DNA from: an uncultured delta proteobacterium
GTDB taxonomy: Bacteria; Desulfobacterota; Binatia; UBA9968
Assembly (NCBI GenBank): GCA_963840855.1
Contig: CAWJBB010000027.1
Location: forward strand, 64,001 to 128,000
Direction: 5' to 3'
DNA: 64,000 nucleotides
The notes below the pieces were generated by a model. That model saw nothing but the letters and a program-made list of their open reading frames with translations. It ran no database searches and was not told the origin of the DNA. A program made the translations under genes and the position numbers. Below are positions 50,729-60,535 of this stretch, one piece after another (position 1 is the first letter of the stretch; each line of letters starts with the position of its first letter).

Positions 50729-51676
50729 ATGCGAACTTTAGACCTTCTCGCCAGCGACCCGTCCCACCTGCCGTTTCTTTTCGTCTTCAAGGAATCCAAG
50801 GTGATGGAAAAATATGGCTATGAGATCGATCTGCACATCGTCGGCGGCGCCAAGGCGCCAACCATGGCGCACCGCGCCAAGCTCGCGTTGGCCGGCGAGA
50901 TCGACTTTTTGAGCGGGCTTCATCACGAAACGTACCGCGAGCGCGCCAAGGGCGAAAAACGACTGACATACCTCGCCCAGGCGCAAAACAACTGGGACGA
51001 CCGGCTGGTCGCGGCGCCCGAGATCAACAGCATCCAAGACCTTAAGGGCAAGAAGATCGTCAGCCATTCCAAAGCGCCCTGTGTTTCGGGTAATCTGCGC
51101 GCGGTGCTCGAAGAATGCGGGCTCAAAGCTGAGGAGATCAACATCGAAGCGGTTGACGACTCCTCTGGCAGATTTTTGGATTTCGTCGATGACATCACTT
51201 CAGGCAAGGCCGCGGCCGCATTGGTGGACATGCCCTTCGACCTTTACGGCGTAAAGAAGGGATTGAAAATCGTGCCCTTGCCTGACCGGCCGGTGATTCA
51301 CAACACCACACTTTTGGCAACCTCGGACTACATCAAAGAGAACGAAGAAACGGTCTACGCTTTCCTCAAAGGCTTCATCGAGGCACTCCATTATTTCAAA
51401 ACTCAACCGGACAAGGTTGTGCCGATACTAAAGGCAAACTTGGCCAAGCGTTACGGATTGGAAGAGGACGAATACTACGCACACCTGCAGCGCGAGTGGG
51501 CGAAATTACTCTCGAAGAAACCCTATCCGCTGGCGAGCGCGATTCAAAACGTCTATGACCTCGACGTCGGCAAGGATCCGAAGATGCGCCATATCGGCCC
51601 CATGGAGCCGTGGGATCTGCACTATCTCCGGAAAATCGACGACAGCGGGTTTATCGACCAGCTTTACGCGTCGTGA
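50729..51676 (+). CDS. SsuA/TauA/NMT1-like substrate-binding protein
   Basis: INSIQDLKGK, AFLKGFIEAL, LRKIDDSGFIDQLY. Confidence 0.75.
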   Translation: MRTLDLLASDPSHLPFLFVFKESKVMEKYGYEIDLHIVGGAKAPTMAHRAKLALAGEIDFLSGLHHETYRERAKGEKRLTYLAQAQNNWDDRLVAAPEINSIQDLKGKKIVSHSKAPCVSGNLRAVLEECGLKAEEINIEAVDDSSGRFLDFVDDITSGKAAAALVDMPFDLYGVKKGLKIVPLPDRPVIHNTTLLATSDYIKENEETVYAFLKGFIEALHYFKTQPDKVVPILKANLAKRYGLEEDEYYAHLQREWAKLLSKKPYPLASAIQNVYDLDVGKDPKMRHIGPMEPWDLHYLRKIDDSGFIDQLYAS

Positions 51677-51679
51677 AAG

Positions 51680-52537
51680 CTAATTGGACGTAGCGACATA
51701 CATCGTGTCGTCGCGCAGAATAAATCCAGGCGGATTTCCACGTCTGGACACGACCTCGAGCCAGTCACCGTCGGAGCGCACGACGTTGATTCGGGTACCT
51801 TTGTTGACGCGAGAAATCACCCGGGAGGATTCCACCGGCTGTTCGTGCACTTCCGTCGCCCTTGTGGTCTCATAGACCCCCGGCTCCGCCGGGCGCCTCA
51901 CGGGGCGGGACGGGGCCGGCGCGCGCTCCACGGGACGCGGTTCGCTTCTTGGCTCTACCTGCGCCTGGCGCGCGCTGCGACGATCTGGCTCGCGGTTGCC
52001 ACCGCTCAATCGCTGTCCCGCCGCGGCCTGTTCTTTCCGGCTTTCCTCCAAACGGGCTTTGAGCGCCTCCGCCTCCTTAACACTTTCAGCTGCTTCCTGG
52101 CGCACTTTGGCAAGCTCGGCTTCGACGGCCTTGACATGCTCCTCTTTGATCTCCAGTTGTTTGACTTTTTCGGCCAAAAGCCGGCGCGCATCGCCGGATT
52201 CGTCTCTTCCCAGCATACCCGTACCGAGCAACGCCGCGGCGATAACGCAAAGAACGATACCGGCGATAAGCATGATTTTTGGCATAGTCGTTTTTTCCCG
52301 TCGCGACGGTTTCATCTCCCGTGGCCGTTCGTCGCGGATCAGCCACTCCGGTGACGGCGCCGTGTCCACCTCCGCTTTGCAATATGGGCAATGCGCGCTG
52401 TCCTCGGCGATGCTATTGGCGCAATGAGGACAAAGCCGGCTCGAAACCGCGCTCACTTCGTGCAACGACCGGCCATCCTTGGTGCAAAAATTGAGGTTAT
52501 CGTCGTACTGTGCTGAGCACTCAGGGCATTGTTTCAT
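51680..52537 (-). CDS. Zinc-ribbon / TM / coiled-coil / SH3b protein
   Basis: CPEC..CTKD, CPHC..CPYC, TM, coiled coil, VHEQP..SRVISRVNKG...DWLEV..GFI. Confidence 0.75.
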   Translation of the reverse strand: MKQCPECSAQYDDNLNFCTKDGRSLHEVSAVSSRLCPHCANSIAEDSAHCPYCKAEVDTAPSPEWLIRDERPREMKPSRREKTTMPKIMLIAGIVLCVIAAALLGTGMLGRDESGDARRLLAEKVKQLEIKEEHVKAVEAELAKVRQEAAESVKEAEALKARLEESRKEQAAAGQRLSGGNREPDRRSARQAQVEPRSEPRPVERAPAPSRPVRRPAEPGVYETTRATEVHEQPVESSRVISRVNKGTRINVVRSDGDWLEVVSRRGNPPGFILRDDTMYVATSN

Positions 52538-52800
52538 GGCAAACATTGTTGATCGTATGGCGCAGTCCGTCAAGGGATATGGCGCGATGATCGTTAGACG
52601 GCTCTTGCTCAATGCTGTGAACAAACGGCTCAAAAAATCTCCGATCCGAGGTCGCCGGAGCATTCCCATCCATCGAAGATCGCGAATGGGGGATCGAAAA
52701 TCGCCGACTTCTAGCGAAAAGGCGTTTTAGCCGCCTGCCAGGCCCTGTCTTGCCCGCGCTACAACCTTAGGCTATAGAACCCTGAAAGGAGTTTTCCGAC

Positions 52801-53742
52801 ATGGCTCTGATCATCAGCGAAGCGCAGACTCAAAGACTGATCGACATGCCTCAAGCGGTCAAACTCTTGGATCGAATTTTCCACGACCGCGCCGCCGGCA
52901 AAATGCGTAGCGTGCCGCGCCGGCGGCTCAGAGGCAGCGACAAACAGCTCAATATGATGGCGGCATGGCATCAGGACGTGGATTTGATCTGTCTACGCTC
53001 CTACGCGGCGGCAGCGAATACGATCACGCTCTACAGCGGGCGCACCGGCCAGATCCAGGCGATCATCAATATGGGTTACTTGAGCAGCCTGCGCACAGGC
53101 GCCGCAACCGGCGTGGCGGCGAAATATCTCGCGCCGGCCTATTCGAAAACTCTCGGCATTATCGGTCCAGGCTGGCAGGCGACGTTCCAAGTCCAAGCGG
53201 TGGCCAACGCCTGTTCCATCGAGCGCGTCGTTGTCTGGGGACGCACTCCGAAGCGCCGCAAAGACTTCATCAAGCGGATGAGTAAAATCGTCAAAGCGGA
53301 CTGGCGTGAAGCCCTATCCGTCAGCGAGGTCGAAGCCGAATCTGACATCCTCGTCGTCTCGACGGACTCGACCACCCCCGTCGCCCACGGCGCGCATCTC
53401 AAAGAGGAAGTTCTGGTCGCCTCCATCGGCGCTAACGCCGCGGTCAAGCACGAAATTTCCAACGATCTCATCCGCCATATGAACTACATCGTCACCGATG
53501 ATTTGCCGACGGCAAGAGGCGACAGCGGCGATCTCATCGCGGCCTGCGAGTTCGGCATCCTACGCTGGGACGGCATCGTACCATTGGACAGCGTCGTCGG
53601 CCACGGCGCGCCCCACCCGCGCCCTAAGCGAATTCTCTTCCAGTCCAACGGCATCGCCGACGAGGACCTCGCCGTGGGTAAGTACGTGCTCGACCAGGCA
53701 AAACGAAAAAAATTGAAGCTCAGGCGCGTCACCGAAATCTGA
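52801..53742 (+). CDS. Ornithine cyclodeaminase / mu-crystallin family protein
   Basis: LSSLRTGAATGVA, IIGPGWQA, SIGAN, SNGIADEDLA. Confidence 0.88.
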   Translation: MALIISEAQTQRLIDMPQAVKLLDRIFHDRAAGKMRSVPRRRLRGSDKQLNMMAAWHQDVDLICLRSYAAAANTITLYSGRTGQIQAIINMGYLSSLRTGAATGVAAKYLAPAYSKTLGIIGPGWQATFQVQAVANACSIERVVVWGRTPKRRKDFIKRMSKIVKADWREALSVSEVEAESDILVVSTDSTTPVAHGAHLKEEVLVASIGANAAVKHEISNDLIRHMNYIVTDDLPTARGDSGDLIAACEFGILRWDGIVPLDSVVGHGAPHPRPKRILFQSNGIADEDLAVGKYVLDQAKRKKLKLRRVTEI

Positions 53743-53965
53743 CGAGCACGACGCGGCGGTTGTCGAATGGGAACTCGGCCCAATATTCTAGTTTATTTAA
53801 AGGGTGAGTAAGGAGCGGAAAGTGCGGATTATGGAAACGGATGAAATCAAGGCGCGGTGATGCTAGCTTCTCTACAATGGCAACCGCAGCGTGGATGCAA
53901 AAAAGTGCGGCGGCATCTAAAACAACTGGCCAATCCTTGAGTTTACGCAATTCCGTTGAGATTCT

Positions 53966-54688
53966 TTACGGCTTTTCAAACCGCAGTACGAAGCGGTCGC
54001 TGCGATCGCGCAATTTGGTCACGCTGAAGTCGCGCGTGTCGTCGGCTCGGCTGAGCATCGTCCCTTCTTTATCGAGCCTAAAACCGACGCCGGTCACGTC
54101 CTTGATGACGAGATTCTTTTCGATACGGTGAAACGATTTCGCGTCTTGATCGCCGCGGCCCGCAGCCGCCGAGTGATCAACGACGCCGTACGCGCCGCCC
54201 CGCTTCAAGGCGCCGAAAATTCTCCGATTCATGGCGATGCGCGCATCGGCTGCGACCTCGTGATAGTCGAGGTGGATAAACACGAAATCCAGCGAACCAT
54301 CCTGAGGCAACGCTAGTTTATCGAGCGGCCCATCAAGCACGCGGACGTTTGCCATGCTTGGTTGTTTCGCGCGCTCATGCAGCTCCGGCCGGGCGGCCGG
54401 GTTAGCTGAATAAACCAATCCGTCCGGCCCAACCAACTGAGAAAGAATCGCGGTATAGTAGCCGCGGGCCGCGTAGATGTCGGCTACCTTGTCACCTTTC
54501 TTGACCCCATAGAATGCCATCACCTCGTTGGGCTTTCGTACCGCATCCAGGGCGCGCTCATTATCCGGCCGCGCGGTACTGGTTAAAATCGCCGCATAAT
54601 CGGGAGCGGCTTGCGTAGCCGCGCAGCCTGCCAACATCAATGCCAGCGCCGGCAGCCAACTTATCTTGGCCAAAAAACTTCTATGCAT
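53966..54688 (-). CDS. Lipoprotein class I SAM-dependent methyltransferase-like protein
   Basis: LAGC lipobox; RKP.EV..F, VADI...GYY, YHE, LKRGG..VVDH, HRI, DRFVLRFEKP. Confidence 0.8.
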   Translation of the reverse strand: MHRSFLAKISWLPALALMLAGCAATQAAPDYAAILTSTARPDNERALDAVRKPNEVMAFYGVKKGDKVADIYAARGYYTAILSQLVGPDGLVYSANPAARPELHERAKQPSMANVRVLDGPLDKLALPQDGSLDFVFIHLDYHEVAADARIAMNRRIFGALKRGGAYGVVDHSAAAGRGDQDAKSFHRIEKNLVIKDVTGVGFRLDKEGTMLSRADDTRDFSVTKLRDRSDRFVLRFEKP

Positions 54689-54831
54689 CGAAAAAGTCCT
54701 CCGGTGTATGTCGGTATCTCGAATGTAGATTTTCTAAAGGGAATTGCAAGAGTTGTTTCGTCGAGGCAGGCAGATTTCATTGTTAGAGTTCCAAAATCGT
54801 GTTGATCCGAGCCGAACGAATCGCGATCACT

Positions 54832-55608
54832 TTAAATTTGATTGCGCTGGAGAGCCGAGTTGACGTCATGTTTGAGCAGGTCCCAAATCCTTTCCGTGCA
54901 CTTCGCAAAATCCGGGTCCCTCATGCTCTTCATGTTGCGCGGCCGCGGGATGTCGACCGTCACGACTTCTTTTACCAGCGCCGGCCTGGCGCTCAAGACG
55001 GCGATGCGGTCGCAAAGCATTACCGCTTCTTCGATATTATGGGTAACGAGAACCACGGTTTTCTTGTCCCGCTCCCAGATGCGCAGCAGCTCCTCGCGCA
55101 TGAGCAGGCGCGTTTGCGCGTCGAGGTTGGCGAACGGCTCGTCCATGAGGATTACTTCGGGATCGTTGGCCAGCGCGCGCGCGATGGCGACCTTTTGCTT
55201 CATACCGCCGGAAAGCTCGTGGGGCCGGGCGCCGGCGAAGTCCAAAAGCCGCACGACTTCGAGAAAAAAGCGGCTGATGCGTTTGTATACCGAAGGTTCT
55301 TCGTTGCGAAATTCCGCTCCCAGCGGCACGTTCTCTTCCACCGTGCGCCAGGGCATCAGCGCCGAGTCCTGGAACACCATAGAGACCGGTGATTTGGTAT
55401 GTTGCTCGCCGACGAATTCGACAGTTCCGGTAGTCGCCTCGTCCAATCTGGCGATAATGTGCAACAGCGTCGTTTTGCCGCACCCCGTCGGGCCGATGAT
55501 CCCGAAGAACTCCCGGTCGCGAACCTCGAGGCTCACCCCACCGAGCGCGCGCACGCCGCGCTCGCCGGTCGTGAATTGCTTGGTTACACCGCGAACAACA
55601 ACTTTCAT
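54832..55608 (-). CDS. TauB/SsuB-type ABC ATP-binding protein
   Basis: GPTGCGKT, LSGGMKQ, LMDEPF, VTH. Confidence 0.93.
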   Translation of the reverse strand: MKVVVRGVTKQFTTGERGVRALGGVSLEVRDREFFGIIGPTGCGKTTLLHIIARLDEATTGTVEFVGEQHTKSPVSMVFQDSALMPWRTVEENVPLGAEFRNEEPSVYKRISRFFLEVVRLLDFAGARPHELSGGMKQKVAIARALANDPEVILMDEPFANLDAQTRLLMREELLRIWERDKKTVVLVTHNIEEAVMLCDRIAVLSARPALVKEVVTVDIPRPRNMKSMRDPDFAKCTERIWDLLKHDVNSALQRNQI

Positions 55609-55707
55609 GTTAAAGACTTCGGAGATTTAACCGCAAAGCTTGTCCTGACGCGAAATGCGAAGGAACTTGAATCACGGAAACGTCGCATAGTATCTATTCA
55701 AGAAAGT

Positions 55708-55742
55708 TCCGAACCCTTCGTGTCCTTCGTGCCTTCGTGGTG
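55708..55742. repeat. CTTCGTG periodic repeat arm, identical to 63602-63636
   Basis: TCCGAACCCTTCGTGTCCTTCGTGCCTTCGTGGTG (35 nt) at both sites. Confidence 0.85.
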
Positions 55743-55759
55743 AGACCGCGCCAAAGTGA

Positions 55760-56752
55760 CTAGCGCCCGCCGAAGATGTCGTGAAAAATCTTGGCGTAGC
55801 GTTCGAACTCTTCGAGCACCTCGCTGGGCGCGAAAGCGGGCTTGATGCCTTCGACGAAGCGCGCCTGCTCCGGCGGCGTGTCAATCCGGTCCGGAATTCG
55901 GTCCATGCCGCGAACCAGCTCCTGGCCCCGCTTGGACAGAACGAAATCGATAAAAAGCTTGCCCGCGTTAGGATGGGGAGCCTTGGTCGAGAGACCCACG
56001 GGATGGATGTTGGCAAACACCGGATTGAGATAAACCCAGTCTACCGGCGCGCCGGTAGGCTTCATCTGTTCAAAGTTTTGGGAATAGGCGGTGAGCACGC
56101 CTTTGAACTCGCCGGCAGCCACCAATTGCGCGAGAATCGTCCGGCCGTTGCGCAATTGAGCCTGCTTCGCCAACTCGCGCATGTAGCTGAGACCTTTCTC
56201 ATCGCCCATCGCTTTCACCATGGTGCCGAACCATTCGTAGGGCCGGCTGTCGAGGCCGATGTTACCCTTCCACTCAGGCTTTAAGAGATCGCCATAAGAT
56301 TTAGGAATATTCGCTTTCGCCACCGAGCGGGTGTTGAAGCCAAAGGCCGCGTAGTTGGTGTAGATCGAAGTCCAGGTCGCCTGAGGATCCTTGTAGCCGT
56401 CGCGGTAGAATTTTCGTTCCGGCGAATCATAGGGGGCAAGCATACCGCGTTTCTTCAGGTTGTAGCCGTAGAAGCTCGAGGTCATCATCACATCCCAGAG
56501 ATTGCGCCCCGCGCGCGCCTCCGTCAGGATGCGTTCCATCATTTGGGCGTCGGTGGCGCGATAAAACGTCGCGTCGATCTTCGGGTAAAGCTGCTTGAAG
56601 CCGTCGGTCAAGACCTTGGAATGGGTGGCGTTAAAGGAGGCGTAGAACATCATCTTGCCTTCCCCCTCGGCAAGAGTCTTCACATCCTGCGCGAAACCAC
56701 TGGACGTCATTAACAAAACCACTATTGCGGCCAGCGTTCGAATTTTCGCCAT
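55760..56752 (-). CDS. ABC substrate-binding protein (Fe3+/AfuA-like)
   Basis: Signal peptide, EGEGK, PKSYGDLLKPEWKG, APHPNAGKLF. Confidence 0.85.
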   Translation of the reverse strand: MAKIRTLAAIVVLLMTSSGFAQDVKTLAEGEGKMMFYASFNATHSKVLTDGFKQLYPKIDATFYRATDAQMMERILTEARAGRNLWDVMMTSSFYGYNLKKRGMLAPYDSPERKFYRDGYKDPQATWTSIYTNYAAFGFNTRSVAKANIPKSYGDLLKPEWKGNIGLDSRPYEWFGTMVKAMGDEKGLSYMRELAKQAQLRNGRTILAQLVAAGEFKGVLTAYSQNFEQMKPTGAPVDWVYLNPVFANIHPVGLSTKAPHPNAGKLFIDFVLSKRGQELVRGMDRIPDRIDTPPEQARFVEGIKPAFAPSEVLEEFERYAKIFHDIFGGR

Positions 56753-56787
56753 CACTCCATTACTCCAGCGCTCCATTCCCCCATCCC
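56753..56787. repeat. 8-nt periodic half-element (TACTCCA-type)
   Basis: cactcca ttactcca gcgctcca ttccccca between two genes. Confidence 0.55.
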
Positions 56788-57510
56788 CTACGGCATCTCC
56801 GCCAACAACCGACCGTATCCCATGACCGGTTCATTCAAGTGAAGAATTTTCTTGGTCGCCCAGACTTGCGCCGGAATGCTCGACACGACGGTGGTCTTCA
56901 GATCCTTTTCGAGCATTTCGATCACCGGCAGGTTATGCCAACCCGCGCCGAGCATATAGATACCATCCACCGGGCCATGCTCGAGATAAATTTTCTTGGC
57001 GAAATTGTAAATCGCCTCGGGCGCGAGTTTGCCGGCGTCTTTGAAAGGAACTTCGATACCTTTCATGGCTTTGATTCGAAAGCCGTCGTCTTCGAGAAAC
57101 TTGGCGAACCGTTGATTCATGTCATCCTGAAAATAGGTTATGCCCACCAAACTTTTCAATCCCAAGGCGCGAAAGGCATCCACCTGCGCAATCGTCGCCA
57201 CGGTTACGGGAATTTTGTATTTCGTCGTGAGGGAATCGGCGATCTCGCGGTCGGCGCCGTGGCCGCGCACCATGGTTGGCGGCGCGCCCATGATCATCAC
57301 GACATCGACGCCCAGCTCCGCCAAACGCGCGACTTTTCTTTCGGCCACGGACAAGGCCTCTTGCAGCTCTTTCTCGTTTCCGGCACGGATGCCGGCATGA
57401 GCGGGAATAAACCCCACCCCCTCGGGCATCAGCTTGATAAAACTCTCCATGGAGCCAGGCCGATAGGTTGGCTTGACTAGACCGACGATTCCCCGCGCGC
57501 CATAGTACAT
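56788..57510 (-). CDS. Maleate isomerase / arylmalonate decarboxylase-like protein (Asp/Glu racemase fold)
   Basis: GIVGLVKP, AFRALG, VIEMLEKDL..VVSS..A.VW, GYGRLL. Confidence 0.8.
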   Translation of the reverse strand: MYYGARGIVGLVKPTYRPGSMESFIKLMPEGVGFIPAHAGIRAGNEKELQEALSVAERKVARLAELGVDVVMIMGAPPTMVRGHGADREIADSLTTKYKIPVTVATIAQVDAFRALGLKSLVGITYFQDDMNQRFAKFLEDDGFRIKAMKGIEVPFKDAGKLAPEAIYNFAKKIYLEHGPVDGIYMLGAGWHNLPVIEMLEKDLKTTVVSSIPAQVWATKKILHLNEPVMGYGRLLAEMP

Positions 57511-57578
57511 AATCGGGCTTCTCCTCTAACTTCCGATCCGCGTATTGGTATCGATCAGCACCGGACGCGCATCACCAG

Positions 57579-57644
57579 GTCACGGGTCCGGCGTCTCGCG
57601 TCTAGGGTTGACTCCAAACCCCGGACTCAAGACTCTGGACCGCG
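57579..57644. repeat. Inverted heptamer repeat (GTCNNGG/GACTCNN)
   Basis: gtcacgg gtccggc gtctcgc gtctagg / gactcca aaccccg gactcaa gactctg gaccgcg. Confidence 0.65.
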
Positions 57645-57648
57645 GCAG

Positions 57649-59364
57649 CTACGCCGCCGCTTGTAACGGCGCGTCGCTGCCGTTACCCAGCACCCTGCCC
57701 GGCAGAGCGCCGGTGTGGGCATCTTTTTCCACCAAGACTTGGCCGTTGACGATGGTCATTTCGATACCGACTGCTTTCTGGATAAAGCGCTTCTCGTTCG
57801 CCGGCAAGTCTTGAACCATTTCCGGTTCACATTCGCGGATGGTCGCCGGATCGAAGACAACCAAATCGGCCGCCATCCCCGCGCGTAGGAGACCACGACC
57901 GCGCAGGCCAAAGATCGAAGCCACCATGAAGGTCAGCTTGCGCACGCCTTCTTCGAGGCTCATGATTTTCTTCTCCCTTACCCAATAACCAAGCAGGCGC
58001 GTCGCGTAGCCAAAGCCCGCGTCGTAGATCAAATGCGCGCCGGCATCGGACTGACCGACCAGCACGTACGGACTACGAATGATCTCCGCCACGGCCGCCT
58101 CATCGCCATTGGTGCTGGAAGTTTGGAACTCAGTGTCCAAATCTTCTTCCAATGAGAGATCGAGGAAGGCGTCGATGACGTCCTGGCCGCGCAGCTTTGC
58201 GATCTCCGCCACGCTTTTCTTTTCCAGCTGTTTGTTCGCCGGGGTCGCCGCATGGATCAAGTAGACCAAATCCCAGCGCCGCGAGAAGCGCGACGACTTC
58301 TTATCTTCCACTGCTTCATAGCGCATCTTCTTGCGCGTCTCCGGGTCGCGGATCGCTTTGATACGCTCTTCGAGGGGCAAAAATAGAATCGCCTTCCAAG
58401 TCGGCAGGTCGTCGAACACCTGAGCGTTTTTCATGGTCAGTCGGTTGTTGAACAGCCGCGCGTTGCAAAGCGGATAGGACTGGACGCCACGGTCCAGAGA
58501 CTCTTTCGCCAAGTCCAACAGCTGGCGCCATTCATTGGGCTTGTCCCAGCGCTGCGCGATGCTCTGCCAGATCACCGGCCGGCCCGACCGGCTCGAAATC
58601 TCGTCGAACAACCGGACGCTCTCGCGCATCGGCACCGACACGCCGAGCGACCCTCGCGAAATTTGCACCGCGCCTTGATTGATCTCGCCCAGCGCGCAAG
58701 CTAGCTCGATAATCTCTTCGTCGGTGGCAAAGCGACTCTGAATCGGCGTCCCATCGGCATACATATGAACGGGATTTTGATTGGTCGAGAAGCCAATGGC
58801 GCCCGCGCGCACGCCGGCTTTGAGCACTTCTTTCATCTGGTGAATTTCCGCCGGCGTCGCCGCGCGCTCGATAGCGGCGTCCCCCATAACGAATTGGCGT
58901 AACGCGCAATGGCCCATCAGCGCCGCGACATTGACGCCGAGGTTGCCGCGCAGTTTGTCTAAATATTGCGGGAATGTCGTCCAGCCAAACTTTACTCCGG
59001 CTTTCAGTGCCGGCAACGAAATCGCCTCGACTCTTTCGAAACTCTTGAGAATCGTTTCCTGATCCTGTTCTTTGCACGGCGCCAAAGCCAACGCGCAGTT
59101 GCCGGGAATGACCGTGGTCACGCCGTGATAGCAAGAAGAGGTGGCCAGCGGGTCCCAGAGCAGTTGCGCGTCAAGATGAGTGTGAAAGTCGATAAAGCCC
59201 GGCGACACCGCCAGGCCGTCGGCGTTGATCACCCGTTTTGCGCTGCCGTTAATTCTTCCGGTTTCCACGACGCGACCGTCTTGGACCGCCACGTCGCCTA
59301 GATATGAAGGCAAGCCGCTGCCGTCATAGATTCGTCCGCCTTTGATCAACACATCGTAAGCCAT
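57649..59364 (-). CDS. N-acyl-D-amino-acid deacylase-family amidohydrolase
   Basis: PGFIDFHTHLD, GVTTVIPGNC, SDAGAH, GMAADLVVFDP. Confidence 0.88.
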   Translation of the reverse strand: MAYDVLIKGGRIYDGSGLPSYLGDVAVQDGRVVETGRINGSAKRVINADGLAVSPGFIDFHTHLDAQLLWDPLATSSCYHGVTTVIPGNCALALAPCKEQDQETILKSFERVEAISLPALKAGVKFGWTTFPQYLDKLRGNLGVNVAALMGHCALRQFVMGDAAIERAATPAEIHQMKEVLKAGVRAGAIGFSTNQNPVHMYADGTPIQSRFATDEEIIELACALGEINQGAVQISRGSLGVSVPMRESVRLFDEISSRSGRPVIWQSIAQRWDKPNEWRQLLDLAKESLDRGVQSYPLCNARLFNNRLTMKNAQVFDDLPTWKAILFLPLEERIKAIRDPETRKKMRYEAVEDKKSSRFSRRWDLVYLIHAATPANKQLEKKSVAEIAKLRGQDVIDAFLDLSLEEDLDTEFQTSSTNGDEAAVAEIIRSPYVLVGQSDAGAHLIYDAGFGYATRLLGYWVREKKIMSLEEGVRKLTFMVASIFGLRGRGLLRAGMAADLVVFDPATIRECEPEMVQDLPANEKRFIQKAVGIEMTIVNGQVLVEKDAHTGALPGRVLGNGSDAPLQAAA

Positions 59365-59434
59365 GGTCTTTCCCTCCGGGTAATTTCCATTTCCAGATCA
59401 ATACACCCTTTTGGCCACTGGCGGCAAATGGGTA

Positions 59435-59931
59435 CTACTTCGTCGCGAAGATCTCCTTGAGTTTGGCGCGCAGAGATGGGCTAAGCTTGAACAGACCTGC
59501 CACGGTTTTCTCCAGCTCTTCGGCGCTCACGGGCTCGATGTCCAGCTTCGACTTCGCCGCGTCGGCGAGCAGCTCCGGATCTTTCATAGTGTCCACGAAA
59601 GCTTTGCGGAGAATCCGCACCCGGTCCCTGGGCGTGCCGGGAGGCGCGACGTAGGGACGGTAGTAATCCGACGGATCCTGGATGCCGACCTCGATCAACT
59701 GGCGCGCCTCATCTGATTTTGCATAGCTAATGGCTAGCGGCACGTTGGGCAACTCCGGATGCGGCTTGTTGAGAATCTGGAGCACGACGATGGCGTCACC
59801 CGGCCGAATCGCCCCGCCCCACGTCGCTCTGATCGAATCCCAGGTCCAACAACCGCCGGCGATCTCTCCGCTATCCGCGGCCAACCGGATCTCGGCCGTG
59901 CCCTTGTAGCCGGAGACGACTTGTATGATGA
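59435..59931 (-). pseudogene. 5'-truncated Bug/TctC-family substrate-binding protein
   Basis: VSGYKGTAEIRLA..GE, HPELPNVP, RPYVAPPGTP; the N-terminal half is missing. Confidence 0.7.
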
Positions 59932-60097
59932 TTCGCCGGCCCTGCGCCGAGCGCCGAACGCTTGCGCGCCCGGGCAAAATTCAGTTAAAAGTTTCAGGTT
60001 CACGACTAGGATATAACACAATACTCTATGGTAGAGTATTCATGCAGTTGACGCCTAACGTCAATTTGGTCGGTCCATCCGATGCCGGAGGTGTTCA

Positions 60098-60463
60098 ATG
60101 GCCCAACGAGTCTTGGTGGTTGAGGATAACGATGATTGGCGAGCGATAATGGCTCTAATCTTCGCCCGTCTGGGCTACACTGTCCTCCAGGCGGCAGACG
60201 GTAGTGATGCAGTCGAAAAGGCGGTGAGCGAGCATCCCCACCTCATTATTATGGATTACCGGATGCCGAAGATGAACGGTCTCGAGGCCACAACGGCGCT
60301 CAAGGGAAATCCCGTCACCAAAGACATACCAGTTGTTATCTGTACGGCGGTTGGACCTGAGGTATATAAGAATACTGAGCTGGTAAAATATGCCGACGAG
60401 ATCCTTCAAAAACCCGTAAAGTTGCAAGTATTTCAGGCCATAGCGCAAAAATACCTGCAGTGA
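60098..60463 (+). CDS. Single-domain response regulator (CheY-like)
   Basis: LVVEDN, IMDYRMPKMNG, CTA, QKPV. Confidence 0.9.
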   Translation: MAQRVLVVEDNDDWRAIMALIFARLGYTVLQAADGSDAVEKAVSEHPHLIIMDYRMPKMNGLEATTALKGNPVTKDIPVVICTAVGPEVYKNTELVKYADEILQKPVKLQVFQAIAQKYLQ

Positions 60464-60535
60464 GCAGAAATATCTGCGGCTATCAACGGGAACATAGATA
60501 ATGCCGGCTAACCAGGCCGCCCAGCATACGCGGGG

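Noticed and set aside
52600-52745. Degenerate MITE/IS-end-like element (also near 61880)
   Set aside because: Terminal inverted repeats are too weak to support a call
53729-53950. 73-aa ORF between convergent genes
   Set aside because: No motif or RBS support
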